A stretch of 64,000 bases of DNA from NCBI RefSeq assembly GCF_054482525.1, contig NZ_JBTHVG010000003.1, one strand, 5' to 3'. Below, one piece after another: positions 9,345 through 20,294 of the stretch. Each line of letters begins with the position of its first letter. The stretch's first letter is position 1. A program made the position numbers and the translations under genes. A model generated the notes under the pieces. The model saw only the letters and a list, made by a program, of their open reading frames with translations, searched no databases and had not been told where the DNA came from. Origin of the DNA: a plasmid.

Positions 9345-10295
9345 ATGAACATCAAAAGATTGGTACTCAGTGCTCTGGTTGTAGGTACATCCTCATATCT
9401 TACGGGGTGCTCCATCGGGAGTTCCGAATCCGAATGTCCAGGCATTGAAAAGGGCGTTATCTGTAAAGGTCCTCGCGAAGTTATGGAGTTAACTAATAAT
9501 CGAGATGATCTGTCTGCACTTGCGGGGGAAGAGTCGGAATCGGGAAAGGAGAAATCGGCTGTCAATGACAGCCGTTATCCAACTGAAATTAGCCCTCCAG
9601 GGGAAGTCAAATATCCACAGTCTACAACCCTTAAAAATCAGCCTGTGGCTTATTCAAAAACCGAAATTAAGCCAGTTGGTCAGTTACCTGTCATGTACGA
9701 TAAAACTTTAAAAATGGGTGCCCCTACTTCATCCATTGGACCACGGCCTATTTCTGGTGTACCGGTTAATTCAAACGTAAGGATGACTAGCAGTTATAGC
9801 ACTGCCTCTTCAGCTGGTAACCCTTTCGTTCATCCGGCTGCGGAAGTCGTTAAACAAACAAGCTATCCGGTTTCTGCTGGAAATGCACCACGCTACGTTG
9901 CACCTAATTCTGATATCAGCCCTGGCAAGGATATGTACTCTCTTTACAATGGCCAGCCCGTTAACCCTACTCTCAACACTGGGCAGATCCAGCAATACCG
10001 TTCGCAAGGTTATAAACAAGCTGTAGTGGCTCCTGAACCACTTGCTGTTCTGCAACAGGGGAAAGTAATGAGAATTACTTTTGCACCTTATACCGATGAT
10101 AACGATGCGCTTAATCTTCCCGGCTACGTTTATGTCAACGTAAAACCGCAAACATGGATTGCTGGCAAGAATTCGACCTCAAACCCAGCTCGCATAGTTC
10201 CTTTAGAAGTACAGGATGCGGCCCGGGAAAATATGCAGCAGCAACAAAAAGCAACTAAAGCTGTCTCTTCGAACGGCATTGTTAGACAACTGTAA
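9345..10295 (+). CDS. traV: Outer-membrane lipoprotein TraV-like
   Basis: Lipobox (LTGC) after a signal peptide, Cys-containing N-terminal region, position immediately upstream of traC. Confidence 0.45.
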   Translation: MNIKRLVLSALVVGTSSYLTGCSIGSSESECPGIEKGVICKGPREVMELTNNRDDLSALAGEESESGKEKSAVNDSRYPTEISPPGEVKYPQSTTLKNQPVAYSKTEIKPVGQLPVMYDKTLKMGAPTSSIGPRPISGVPVNSNVRMTSSYSTASSAGNPFVHPAAEVVKQTSYPVSAGNAPRYVAPNSDISPGKDMYSLYNGQPVNPTLNTGQIQQYRSQGYKQAVVAPEPLAVLQQGKVMRITFAPYTDDNDALNLPGYVYVNVKPQTWIAGKNSTSNPARIVPLEVQDAARENMQQQQKATKAVSSNGIVRQL

Positions 10296-10303
10296 GGTCA
10301 AAT

Positions 10304-12985
10304 ATGGAAGCTATCAATAATTACAATAGCGGTTTAAATCGCCATCAATTAGGTGGGTTTATCCCTGTTTACGATCAATTAGCAGGGACTCACTATTTTT
10401 TGATTGATGGCAACAGATTAGGGTTTATGTTTATCTGTAATCCATCACCTGGAGTTTTTGATAATCAGCAAGATGTTCTTGCTGAAATGTTCAAAATGGA
10501 TTTTCCTACAGATACTGTCTGTCAAATATCTCTGACTGCATTGCCAGACTTGACTTTACAGCTTAGTGCTTGGTCAGCTGTGCGAGGTGGGCGTATGACT
10601 GGGAACGATAAGCTTAAAGCAGATCTGCTTAATGGTTATCAGTTGGACTACTACGACAGAAGTATGCATAAGCCTTTAAAACCTGATCATGATAACCTTA
10701 TGTTGAGGGATTTTCAGGTATGGATCTCGCTATCGATTCCTTTACAGTCTGCCCTTCCTACCGAGCTGGAACATTCGCGTATCGATTCACTTTACTCTGA
10801 ACTTGTAAGTAAGTTAATTACGATTGGACTGCATCCGTTTAAGGTCGATGCAGAAAACTGGCTCTATTGTATAGATAAGGTCGTAAACCCCGGAAAGAAC
10901 TCTCGGTGGGCTGAAGGTTTTATAGACGTTAACACTATGAAAAGGCTTAATGAACAAGTTAACGTTCCCGGCCGTAAGTATACAGTCACAGAAAATCATT
11001 TCTCATCAGTCACACAAAGTGACGACGAATCTGAGCATCGTTACTTCAAACAACTTTCCGTTGTAAAGTTTCCTGAATACGTCAATTTCGGTTGTATGTA
11101 TGAGTTAGTAGTTAACTGGATGCATGGACGTAAGACAATTTTCAGCCCATTTATGATCACTCAGACTGTTCAGTTTGCCGATCCGCTCAAGTTGTCAAAA
11201 GAAAACGTCCGCTACAAAGCAATCACTAATAAACAGGCAAGTATACCTTCAGTTGTCACATTCTGCCCTCGCCTGCGGGATATGGATAATGACTACATGG
11301 CCGTAACTCGCGAGCTTGAGGATGGCGCAAAGCTTTTAAGAGGGTATCTTACTTTCACTGTTATGGGTAGTAATGCCAATTCTGTGCAGACAGCAGCTAA
11401 CGATCTCAAATCCTTTTACCTCGAAAGCCGGGTCAAAGTAGCAGATGATTCCTTTATCGTTTTCCCGTCATTTATGTCATGTCTGCCAATGTGCAATGAC
11501 CCAAAGACAATTTTCGACCTTGACCGATCCGAAGTAGTGAGCAACACCGGAGCGGCTCATATGACGCCGATCTTTGGGCCCTGGAAAGGTAATACAGATA
11601 GACCAGTACTGAGTTTAGTTTCTCGTGAAGGTCAACTCATGGGACTTGATATTTTCAAGACTTCTGCAAGCTATAACATGGTTATTGGTGCAACGTCAGG
11701 TGCAGGCAAGTCATTCTGGACAGCATATCTAATCAATAACTATCTTGGAGCTGGACCGCGATCTAATAACCTCGTTCATTATCGCTCAACATTTAAGCAT
11801 TTTTTAGAAAACGAATACCCAGATGATGATCCTGATGGTGCTCAAGTTTTTGTAGTGGACGTGGGGCGTTCTTACCAGGGGATTGCGGAACAATATACAA
11901 ACAGTCAATTTATTGATTTCGGTAAAACCCCTGACTTCACCCTAAATCCCTTTGCCTTCCTAACTGACATCACTGTTAACGACGATGTATTTAACGAAGC
12001 ACCTGAATTTACCGGTGAATCAACTTCAAACGATGCAGAAAAAGACAAAGTTGCTCAGACCATAATGGTTCTGAATCAGCTAAAAATTATGGCTTCAGAG
12101 AAAGGCCTTATCGATGATTATCAACAATCAGTGATGCTTCAGCTTATTGCAGAAGAGTACCAGGAATCCAGAAAATCAGGTCGGACCGGTTCAATAACCG
12201 GCTTTGCTCTGCGTTGCAAGAAGCATGAAGACAAACGTATAAAGGATATTGGGGAGCAACTCGGAGCATGGTGCGAAGGTGGAATTTATGGGCACCGGTT
12301 TACCGATACGTTGCCTCCAATCAACTTCGACAGCAGATTTATTGTTTTGGAACTGGAGGAGCTAAAAGGCACCCCCCACCTTCAGACAGTTGTTTTAATG
12401 TCTATCATTCAGGCTGCTCAGCATGCAATGTTCATCAAAAAAGATGGGCGTCGTCGCTTGTTCATCCTAGATGAAGCTTGGGAGTACATTCGTCCTGATA
12501 ATTCATCAGGTGCCGGAAATCAATCAAACCAATTCTTCTCTTCCTTCCTCGAAGCGGCATGGCGTAGGTTCAGGAAAACAAACTGCGCTGGCATCTGTAT
12601 CACACAGTCGTTTGAAGATTATTTTACTTCTTCTGTTGGCCGGGCCCTGACTGCTAACTCGCCTTGGAAGATAATCATGAAACAAGAAAAAGAAAGCATT
12701 GAAGCAATGAAGGCTAATAAATATTTTTCTACTTCAGATGCAGAATATGAACGAATGAAAAATATTCGTACAGTCAAAAAGGTGTTTTCAGAGATGTTAG
12801 TCAGGTTCGAAAACTTCCAAGAGATCTGTCGGTTATACGTAGACCGGAAAATGGAGCTTTGTTTTACTACGGATAGTGCTGACAGGAGTAAATTATGGGA
12901 AATTCAAAGCCGCGAGAATTGTAGCTATGGCGAGGCAATAGAAATTCTCTATGCTCAAGAAGTAGCAGCGGGTTTGGCCGCGTAG
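10304..12985 (+). CDS. traC: T4SS ATPase TraC (VirB4 family)
   Basis: 893 aa. Walker A (GATSGAGKSF). Size and position typical of F-type TraC/VirB4. Confidence 0.85.
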   Translation: MEAINNYNSGLNRHQLGGFIPVYDQLAGTHYFLIDGNRLGFMFICNPSPGVFDNQQDVLAEMFKMDFPTDTVCQISLTALPDLTLQLSAWSAVRGGRMTGNDKLKADLLNGYQLDYYDRSMHKPLKPDHDNLMLRDFQVWISLSIPLQSALPTELEHSRIDSLYSELVSKLITIGLHPFKVDAENWLYCIDKVVNPGKNSRWAEGFIDVNTMKRLNEQVNVPGRKYTVTENHFSSVTQSDDESEHRYFKQLSVVKFPEYVNFGCMYELVVNWMHGRKTIFSPFMITQTVQFADPLKLSKENVRYKAITNKQASIPSVVTFCPRLRDMDNDYMAVTRELEDGAKLLRGYLTFTVMGSNANSVQTAANDLKSFYLESRVKVADDSFIVFPSFMSCLPMCNDPKTIFDLDRSEVVSNTGAAHMTPIFGPWKGNTDRPVLSLVSREGQLMGLDIFKTSASYNMVIGATSGAGKSFWTAYLINNYLGAGPRSNNLVHYRSTFKHFLENEYPDDDPDGAQVFVVDVGRSYQGIAEQYTNSQFIDFGKTPDFTLNPFAFLTDITVNDDVFNEAPEFTGESTSNDAEKDKVAQTIMVLNQLKIMASEKGLIDDYQQSVMLQLIAEEYQESRKSGRTGSITGFALRCKKHEDKRIKDIGEQLGAWCEGGIYGHRFTDTLPPINFDSRFIVLELEELKGTPHLQTVVLMSIIQAAQHAMFIKKDGRRRLFILDEAWEYIRPDNSSGAGNQSNQFFSSFLEAAWRRFRKTNCAGICITQSFEDYFTSSVGRALTANSPWKIIMKQEKESIEAMKANKYFSTSDAEYERMKNIRTVKKVFSEMLVRFENFQEICRLYVDRKMELCFTTDSADRSKLWEIQSRENCSYGEAIEILYAQEVAAGLAA

Positions 12986-13012
12986 AGTAAATATCTTCAA
13001 GCAAAAACAATT

Positions 13013-13046
13013 AAACCAGATGTCTCATAAGAATCTGGTTTTTTAT
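13013..13046 (+). terminator. Putative intrinsic terminator after traC
   Basis: aaaccagatgtctcataagaatctggtttttt: hairpin followed by a T-run. Confidence 0.5.
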
Positions 13047-13379
13047 TGTATGCCTTAAGTAAACAAATGAGGTTATGACTTAATGAGTTCATCACTGTGC
13101 TGCAAATTTTGGTTTTATAATTAATATGGCTTAAAAACAGTGACATAATTACAAATCGCATTTAGGTTGTGTACGCATTAAGTAAACAAAATTTATAACA
13201 TCAATACTGACTTTATAAGATGAAATTCACGTAAATTACATTTTTGTTTACCAAAGGTAATCAAAGGAGCGCGGCATTATTAGTGAAAACAGATCACTGG
13301 TGTCATATTGCATACAAAACTTAATATCCTTTAATCATTCTTCTAAAAGTTTAATATTAACGCTTTGGTTTATGAAAAT

Positions 13380-16300
13380 TTATCCAATTTGCTCACCGAA
13401 GACTTTTAACTTATTTAACCCCCTTTATCGCCAATCTGTGATTTTCTAATGTTAGCCTACAGTTCTAGGGCCCTTGCTCCCATGATGCGAATCCTTCCAC
13501 CTAATAAAGATTAACGCCTCATTCCTGTATGCCGGTCTTACGACGCCAGTGCACGGACAATTTTTGGTCATCACAAGGCCAGGCGGGAGATTTAATCAGG
13601 GCGTGGTGTTCCTTAGCAGCAGCTGCGGCACTGTAAGCCGAAGGCGGAATTAACTCCTTTATCGCCATCTGGGGACGTCATTAGGGGTACCCCTTTTAAC
13701 TTGCTCAGGACCATTAAGCTAAAATTCCGGATAGTGATTGACGTAAGATTTAGGCTAAGCAGGTAAAGTGATCCCCGCTCCCGGGGTGACCACTTTATAC
13801 AAAAGGCCGATCGGAAGATTGTCCTTAGGGAAATATTCCTTTAACACAGCACGGGCACTTACTGCCGCTGCCGGATTTAACCCCCTTAATCGCCAAACTG
13901 GGGTACTGTCCTGATGCTGGCCTTCAGTTCTGGGCTGGGTGGCTATCACTTCCTCCCATAATGCGAAATGTAACTGCTGATACAGATTAACGTCATATTC
14001 CTGCGTGCCGGTCTGCCAACACCAGTGCACGGGCTTTTTTCGGTCATCACATTACCGGGCAGGAGATTTTATCAGGGCGTGGTGTGACTGAGCAGAAGCT
14101 GGGGCACTGTCAGCAGCTTGCAGATTTAACCCCCTTAATCGCCAAACTGGGATTCTGGTCTGATATTGACCTTCCGTGCTGGGCGGGGTTCGGTTTGCTA
14201 ACACTTACTCCCATGATACGAAATGTGCCTGCTGATACAGATTAAAATCACATTACTGCATACCGGTCTGCCGACACCGGTGCATGGGCGATTTCCGACG
14301 ATCTCAAGAACATATGGGAGATTATATCAGGGAGAGTAGTATGCCTGAGCAGCATCTGAAGGCACTGTCAGCCGCTGTCAGATTTAACCCCCTTAATCGC
14401 CAAACTGGTGTTCTGTCCTCATGCAGGCCTTCAGTTCTGAGCTGGGTTGCTATCACTTGCTCCCATAATGCGAAATGTACCTGCTGATACAAATTAACGT
14501 CGTATTCCTGTATGCCGGTCTGCCGACACCAGTGCTCGGGCTATTTTCGGTCCTAACAAGACCTGGCGAGAGATTTAATCAGGGCGTGGTGTGACTGAGC
14601 AGCAGCTGGGGCACTGTTATCCGCTTGCAGATTTAACCCCCTTAATCGCCACACTGGGGTTCAGTCCTGATAGTGTCCTTCCGTCCTGGGCTCGGTTGCT
14701 AACACTTGCTCCCATTGCGCCTGCTGATACAGATTAAAGTCACATTACTGCATACCGATCTGCCGACTCCGGTGCATGGCTTTTTCCGATAATCACAAGG
14801 ACGGACGGGTGATTTTATCGTTGCATAGTATGTCTGAGCAGCATCAGAAGGCTCTGTCAGCCACTGGCAGATTTAACCCCCTTAATCTCCAAACTGGGAT
14901 CAGTCCTGATAGTGTCCTTCCGTCCTGGGCAGGGTTGCTAACACTTGCTCCCATGATACGAAATGCGCCAGCTGATACAGATTAACGTCTCATTACTCCA
15001 TGCCGGTCTGCCGAAACTGGTGCATAGCTTTTTTCGATATTCGCATGAACAGACGCTTGATTTTTTCAGGTTGTAATATACCTGAGCAGCATCTGAAGGC
15101 ACTTTCAGTCGCTGTCAGATTTAACCCCCTTAATCGCCAATCTGGGATTTTCTGATGTTAACCTACAGTTCAAGGCCCTTGCTCCCATGATGCGAACCTT
15201 GCAACCTGATAAAGATTTAAGCTTCATTCCTGTATGCCGGTCTTACGACTCTAGTGCACGGGGACTATTTTCGGTCATAATAAGACCTGGCGGGAGATTT
15301 AATCAGGCGTGGTGTGACTGAGCAGAAGCTGGGGCACTGTCAGCCGCTGGCAGATTAAAACCCTTTATTCGCCATCTCAAGACGTCATTATGGGTAGTCC
15401 TTTTAACTTTCTAAGGACCATTAAGCTTAAACTCCGTTTAGAGAATGACGTAAGATTTAGGCTAAGCAGGTTAAGTGATCCCCGCTCCCGGGTTGAACAC
15501 TTTATTCATCGTACGAGCGAAAGATTGTCCTTCGGGAAATATTTCTTATACACCGCTCGGGCACTTACAGCCACTGGCGGATTTAACCCCCTTAATCGCC
15601 AAACTGGGGTACTGTCCTGATGCTGGCCTTCAGTTCTGGGCTGGGTGGCTATCACTTGCTCCCCTAATGCGAAATGTGTCTGTTAATACAGATTAACGTC
15701 ATTTTCCTGCGTGCCGGTCTGCCGACACCAGTGCACGGCCTTTTTTCGGTCATTACATTACCGGGCAGGAGATTTTATCAGGGCGTGGTGTTACTGAGCA
15801 GGAGCTGGGGCACTATCAGCAGCTTGCATATTTAACTCCCTTAATCGCCAAACTGGTGTTCTGTCCTCATGCTGGCCTTCAGTTCTGGGCTGGGTTGCCA
15901 TCTCTTGCTCCCATAATGCGAAATGTATCTGCTGATACAGATTAACGTCATATTCCTGTATGCCGGTCTGCCGACACCAGTGCTTTGGCTATTTTCGGTC
16001 ATAACAAGACCTGGCGAGAGATTTACTCAGGGCGTGGTGTGACTGAGCAGCAGCTGGGGCACTGTCATCCGCTTGCAAATTTAACCCCCTTAATCGCCAA
16101 ACTTGGGTTTTGTCCTGATGCTGGCCTTCCGTTCTGGGCGGGGTTGCTATCACTTGCTCCCATCATGCGAAAAGTGCCTGCTGATACAGATTAACGTCAT
16201 ATTCCTTCATGCCGGTCTGCCGACACCAGTGCTTTGGCTATTTTCGGTCATAACAAGACCTGGCGAGAGATTTACTCAGGGCGTGGTGTGACTGAGCAGC

Positions 16301-16700
16301 AGCTGGGGCACTGTCATCCGCTTGCAAATTTAACCCCCTTAATCGCCAAACTTGGGTTTTGTCCTGATGCTGGCCTTCCGTTCTGGGCGGGGTTGCTATC
16401 ACTTGCTCCCATCATGCGAAAAGTGCCTGCTGATACAGATTAACGTCATATTCCTTCATGCCGGTCTGCCGACACAAATGCACGGGCTTTTTTCGGTCCT
16501 TACAATACCGGGCAGGAGATTTAATCAGGGCGTGGTGTGACTGAGCAGCAGCTAGGACACTGTCAGCCGCTGGCAGATTTAACCCCCTTAATCGCCACAC
16601 TGGGGTTGCCTCCTGAAGTTGGGTTTCAGTTCTGGGCTAGGTTGCTAACTCTGCTCCCATAATTCGTAGTGGGCCTACTCAAGAGATTAACACCTCATAT
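13380..16700. repeat. Tandem direct-repeat array, about 14 units of about 221-259 bp (mostly 249 bp), with higher-order periodicity of about 1.7 kb
   Basis: Recurring block ...CAGATTTAACCCCCTTAATCGCCAAACTGG...GCTCCCATAATGCGAAATG...CTGCTGATACAGATTAACGTCATATTCCTG...GCCGGTCTGCCGACACCAGTGCACGG...GATTTAATCAGGGCGTGGTGTGACTGAGCAGCAGCTGGGGCACTGTCAG. Two adjacent units are identical (identical 69-aa track ORFs at 15985 and 16234, 249 bp apart). Segment 13400-13870 recurs at 15120-15580. Confidence 0.9.
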
Positions 16701-17070
16701 CTTTAGACTGGACTGACGACAACGATTCACAGTTAGGAAACGTAAATCAGCACACCGGTGAGATAGATTTTAGGGTCTAAGCAAGAAATAGGGTAGGCGT
16801 GAAGATTCATTAATGGAGCTCATAACGTCAAAGCGTAGAGAAGTCGACAAGAATCGTGGTTTAAAAAGAATGAGCATTAGGTATGGACTAGAGAGTCTGA
16901 GCTCTCATCTGCAAGTTAAGCTCACAAAAAATCATAAAAAAGTAAACAAACATTAGCTTAGGATTGAAACAAAGGATAGAATTGTACGTATAACAATGAA
17001 ATGGACGCATTATGCGTAAAGTTTACATATATGCGTAAAAGTCGGTTTTCAGTGCAAAAAGGTCATAACC

Positions 17071-18324
17071 ATGAATTTACTTGAAAAGATCGCCCTCGTT
17101 GGTCAGCGCATGAAAAGCGAGCAGATTTCTCTTAAGGAATCTCTGATGGCTTCATCAAGAGTATCTGTTTCTGATGATAGTGTTGATGGTGTTGATAGAC
17201 TGATCTACAACCACTGTTTAAATAAAAAAAATCTCTCTGATTTTTTTGGGAAGTCACGAGTAACGTTCAATAAAATACTTTCGGACTTAGAAGAAAAAGA
17301 AGTTGTTGGTGCACCTATTTATCAAAACAAAAATCATCTTTACACCCGCTGGGATGTTCAAAAAATAATGGATGCCCTGGGTTATCCCAAGTACCGCGAT
17401 CATTACTTTAGCAGAGCTATTGTTACTCAGAATCATAAAGGCGGTACAGGGAAAAGCACTACATCTGTAGCTTTAGCAGTAGCAGCTGCTTTAGATCTAC
17501 AACTGAATGCACGTGTATTAATGATCGAATGGGACCCACAAGGTTCGATTGGAAGCAGCATGATTCAAAGTGTCTCAGAAGATGATGTCTTCCTTACAGC
17601 AATTGATGCAATCCTTGGAATTTATGAAGAAAATTCTGAGTATAAAAAATATTTAGATTCAGGATTCTCTGAAGAAGAAATCATCACTAATATGCCTTTT
17701 TCAACGCATCTGCCAAACTTGGACGTGATAACGGCATTTCCGACAGATGCTCGTTTTAAAGATAAATACTGGCAATGTTCTAGAGAAGAACGAACGTCTT
17801 TGTTACTACGTTTCAAGGAAGTTATCTTACCGGTACTGAAGCAGAACTATGATTTGATTATTATAGACACTCCACCTGAAGATTCACCTTTGATCTGGGC
17901 TGCTGACGAAGCGGCCGATGGGATTCTTGTCGCAGTGTCACCACGTGAATATGATTACGCCTCTACTACAGACTTCATGCTTACAATAAGTGAAAGGTTT
18001 AAACAATCACCAAGTAAGGGCGATAATTTAAAATGGTTCAAAGTTCTTGCTGTCAATGTTGATGACAAAAGTCCATATGAAAGAATAGTTTTGGATAAAT
18101 TAATCAGAACTGTTCAGGACCTTTTGATGTCCGCTAACATAAAAAATTCTGAAGCATTTAAGGCAGCTGCTTCCAAAGGGCGTACAGTGCTTGATATCAA
18201 AAAATCAGAGGAACTTTGTTCCGCAAAGCAACTTGATGTCGCAGAAGAATCTGTATTACAGGTATATCAACAATTTATAAATGAAATAAAAAGTTTTTCA
18301 GCTAAGCAAGGAGTTAACGCATGA
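17071..18324 (+). CDS. parA: Partition ATPase ParA (type Ia, with N-terminal HTH extension)
   Basis: 417 aa. Deviant Walker A (KGGTGKSTT). Size and N-terminal extension as in P1 ParA / F SopA. Stop overlaps the parB start. Confidence 0.85.
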   Translation: MNLLEKIALVGQRMKSEQISLKESLMASSRVSVSDDSVDGVDRLIYNHCLNKKNLSDFFGKSRVTFNKILSDLEEKEVVGAPIYQNKNHLYTRWDVQKIMDALGYPKYRDHYFSRAIVTQNHKGGTGKSTTSVALAVAAALDLQLNARVLMIEWDPQGSIGSSMIQSVSEDDVFLTAIDAILGIYEENSEYKKYLDSGFSEEEIITNMPFSTHLPNLDVITAFPTDARFKDKYWQCSREERTSLLLRFKEVILPVLKQNYDLIIIDTPPEDSPLIWAADEAADGILVAVSPREYDYASTTDFMLTISERFKQSPSKGDNLKWFKVLAVNVDDKSPYERIVLDKLIRTVQDLLMSANIKNSEAFKAAASKGRTVLDIKKSEELCSAKQLDVAEESVLQVYQQFINEIKSFSAKQGVNA

Positions 18325-19325
18325 GCGATGAGCAACATATCGGGAATGATAAATCTCGATATTTAAACGCACCAAAGCGGACAGAAGTCGGTCACCGTTC
18401 AGGTCTTGCGGGTTTGAAAACAGCACCTCGCATAAAAAAGTTATTCACTCTTCATAAGGGCCGAAGACTTGAAGCGGAACATGTGATTGTTCCAGCCCAG
18501 AGAGTGGAGAAGGAGACCTTAGTCCATCCAGCAAACCCACGAAATCAAGAAGCCCTTACAGATTATTCTGTTAGAGATATTCTTAAGCAGATTGAAGAAA
18601 GAGGGGTCGATACCGAAGGGATCGCTGTAAAAAGAGATGGGGTTTATTTATTAATAGAAGGAAGTCGCAGACGTTTCTGCTGTATAAAGGCAGAAAAGGA
18701 TCTCCCCCTGTGGGTACTACCGGATGAACTAACCGAAGATGATATAAATTCAATTATATCCGCAGCACAAACATCTCGAAAATTTTCATATAGAGAAGTT
18801 GGGTTTCAATTTATCAAGAAAATGGAAGAAAAGGGATTTTCTACTAATGAAGAACTCGCAGCATATCTTGGGATTAGTCATGTATCGGTAGCCAAAAGAA
18901 TCCAGGCGGCACGTATTGACGAAACATTGATCTCTTTATTCCCGGATTATGAAGGAATACCGAACTCCTATTATAGTCGCTTGTCTCGTTTACAGAAATA
19001 TGTGCAAAAAAATCTATTTCCTTTAGATGAAGTAATAGATAATGTTAAAGAGGAAACAAAAGATTTAGACATTGGAGATCTCCAAGTTGCCCAAAAAGTT
19101 GTAATGGAGAAAATCACACAATCTGTGGAAAGTGTTTGTGAAAAATCTTATTCCACAAAATGGGAAACAAGTGATCTTATTACTTTTGATAACAAAGATA
19201 AGTATGCAAGAATCAGTAAAAACAATACTGGAAGAAAAATTCGCATTGAATTCAATAGGATAAGTGCGGGTTTTATTAAGGAGCTAGAGGAGTTCATAAA
19301 AGAAAAATTAAAAGTATCAGAATAA
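18321..19325 (+). CDS. parB: Partition protein ParB-like
   Basis: 334 aa. ParB-box-like GSRRRF motif (LLIEGSRRRFCCI). ATGA overlap with parA. Confidence 0.65.
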   Translation: MSDEQHIGNDKSRYLNAPKRTEVGHRSGLAGLKTAPRIKKLFTLHKGRRLEAEHVIVPAQRVEKETLVHPANPRNQEALTDYSVRDILKQIEERGVDTEGIAVKRDGVYLLIEGSRRRFCCIKAEKDLPLWVLPDELTEDDINSIISAAQTSRKFSYREVGFQFIKKMEEKGFSTNEELAAYLGISHVSVAKRIQAARIDETLISLFPDYEGIPNSYYSRLSRLQKYVQKNLFPLDEVIDNVKEETKDLDIGDLQVAQKVVMEKITQSVESVCEKSYSTKWETSDLITFDNKDKYARISKNNTGRKIRIEFNRISAGFIKELEEFIKEKLKVSE

Positions 19326-19386
19326 ATATTGAACTGCATCTTTATGATGCAGTTCATATGATTTATATTTTTAATTTCTTGTTATA

Positions 19387-19776
19387 TTAATATGGGGTGT
19401 GCGCAGGTTCAGACATATAAGGTCTTAGTTCTATATGAACAGAAGCGCCATTCCCATCATTTACTACGTTTAAAGGTGCTTTGCCCGGCAATGACATAGT
19501 TGCAACGTCAGGTCCAGAAACAGCAAAATTATTTTCTGCTGAAGGCATTACTGTAAAAATCTTTATAGCAACATTTTCATGTCTAAATAAAGAAATCCCA
19601 AAAGTAGAACCAGCTTCGGTATTGCTCACGTCCACAACCACAGGGGTTTTTCCTAGATATTCATTAGTTAGTATGTTTTTTACTAATGCCCCTTCCGGGA
19701 CAGTATAGATACGGTATGGATATGCTAAAACTGAGTGACAAAAACATAATAAAATAACAATTAATGTTTTTTTCAT
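19387..19776 (-). CDS. Hypothetical secreted protein
   Basis: 129 aa with a signal peptide (MKKTLIVILLCFCHSVLA). Last gene of a four-gene minus-strand operon. Confidence 0.4.
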   Translation of the reverse strand: MKKTLIVILLCFCHSVLAYPYRIYTVPEGALVKNILTNEYLGKTPVVVDVSNTEAGSTFGISLFRHENVAIKIFTVMPSAENNFAVSGPDVATMSLPGKAPLNVVNDGNGASVHIELRPYMSEPAHTPY

Positions 19777-20294
19777 AGATTATCCTCATTCAAAAATAAA
19801 AGATATAACTCTTGAAAATCGTGGTTATTAATTAGGTCCGCTTTTCCGGGAAAATCGTAACTAACAGAAAATAAAAGAGAAAGAGAATCTTTTCCTTTTG
19901 CTTTGGGAGAGATTCTGCTAAAAGCACGGTTAATAAACATAAGTTGATCTTCATTGTTGAAGCAAAGTCCAAGCATTCCAACCGTAGGAACTACGAATGT
20001 GCTTACGCTGCCTGGGGGCAAAAGTTGCTTACTACGGGCATTGTAAGCACAACGACTACCACCTAGCGTTAGGCCTGAAAGCTCAATAAAACTTCTGGTT
20101 CCATTCTTGGCGACAAGCCAAACATCAGTTCCTGAACTTTCGACACGTAAAGTAACTTTTCCGTCAGTAAAGGCCTCACTTTTATTGTATAGAATAGGGT
20201 CAAAACCAACTGTCGGGAGTTCTTCGATTTTACTTTCTACTGACTGACAACCAGTCAGTAATGCAAACAATAAAAGTGTGATAACTTTAATCAT
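19773..20294 (-). CDS. Hypothetical lipoprotein
   Basis: 173 aa, lipobox LLTGC. Overlapping start/stop with both neighbours. Confidence 0.4.
   Translation of the reverse strand: MIKVITLLLFALLTGCQSVESKIEELPTVGFDPILYNKSEAFTDGKVTLRVESSGTDVWLVAKNGTRSFIELSGLTLGGSRCAYNARSKQLLPPGSVSTFVVPTVGMLGLCFNNEDQLMFINRAFSRISPKAKGKDSLSLLFSVSYDFPGKADLINNHDFQELYLLFLNEDNL

Noticed and set aside
13755-16600. Multiple 62-91-aa ORFs inside the tandem array, including two identical 69-aa ORFs at 15985 and 16234
   Set aside because: They are reading-frame echoes of the repeat unit on both strands, have no ribosome-binding sites, and their identity follows from DNA repeat identity. Treated as non-coding.
13380-16700. 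Possible CRISPR array
   Set aside because: Repeat period is about 249 bp with no alternation of short repeats and unique spacers, and no cas genes are nearby.
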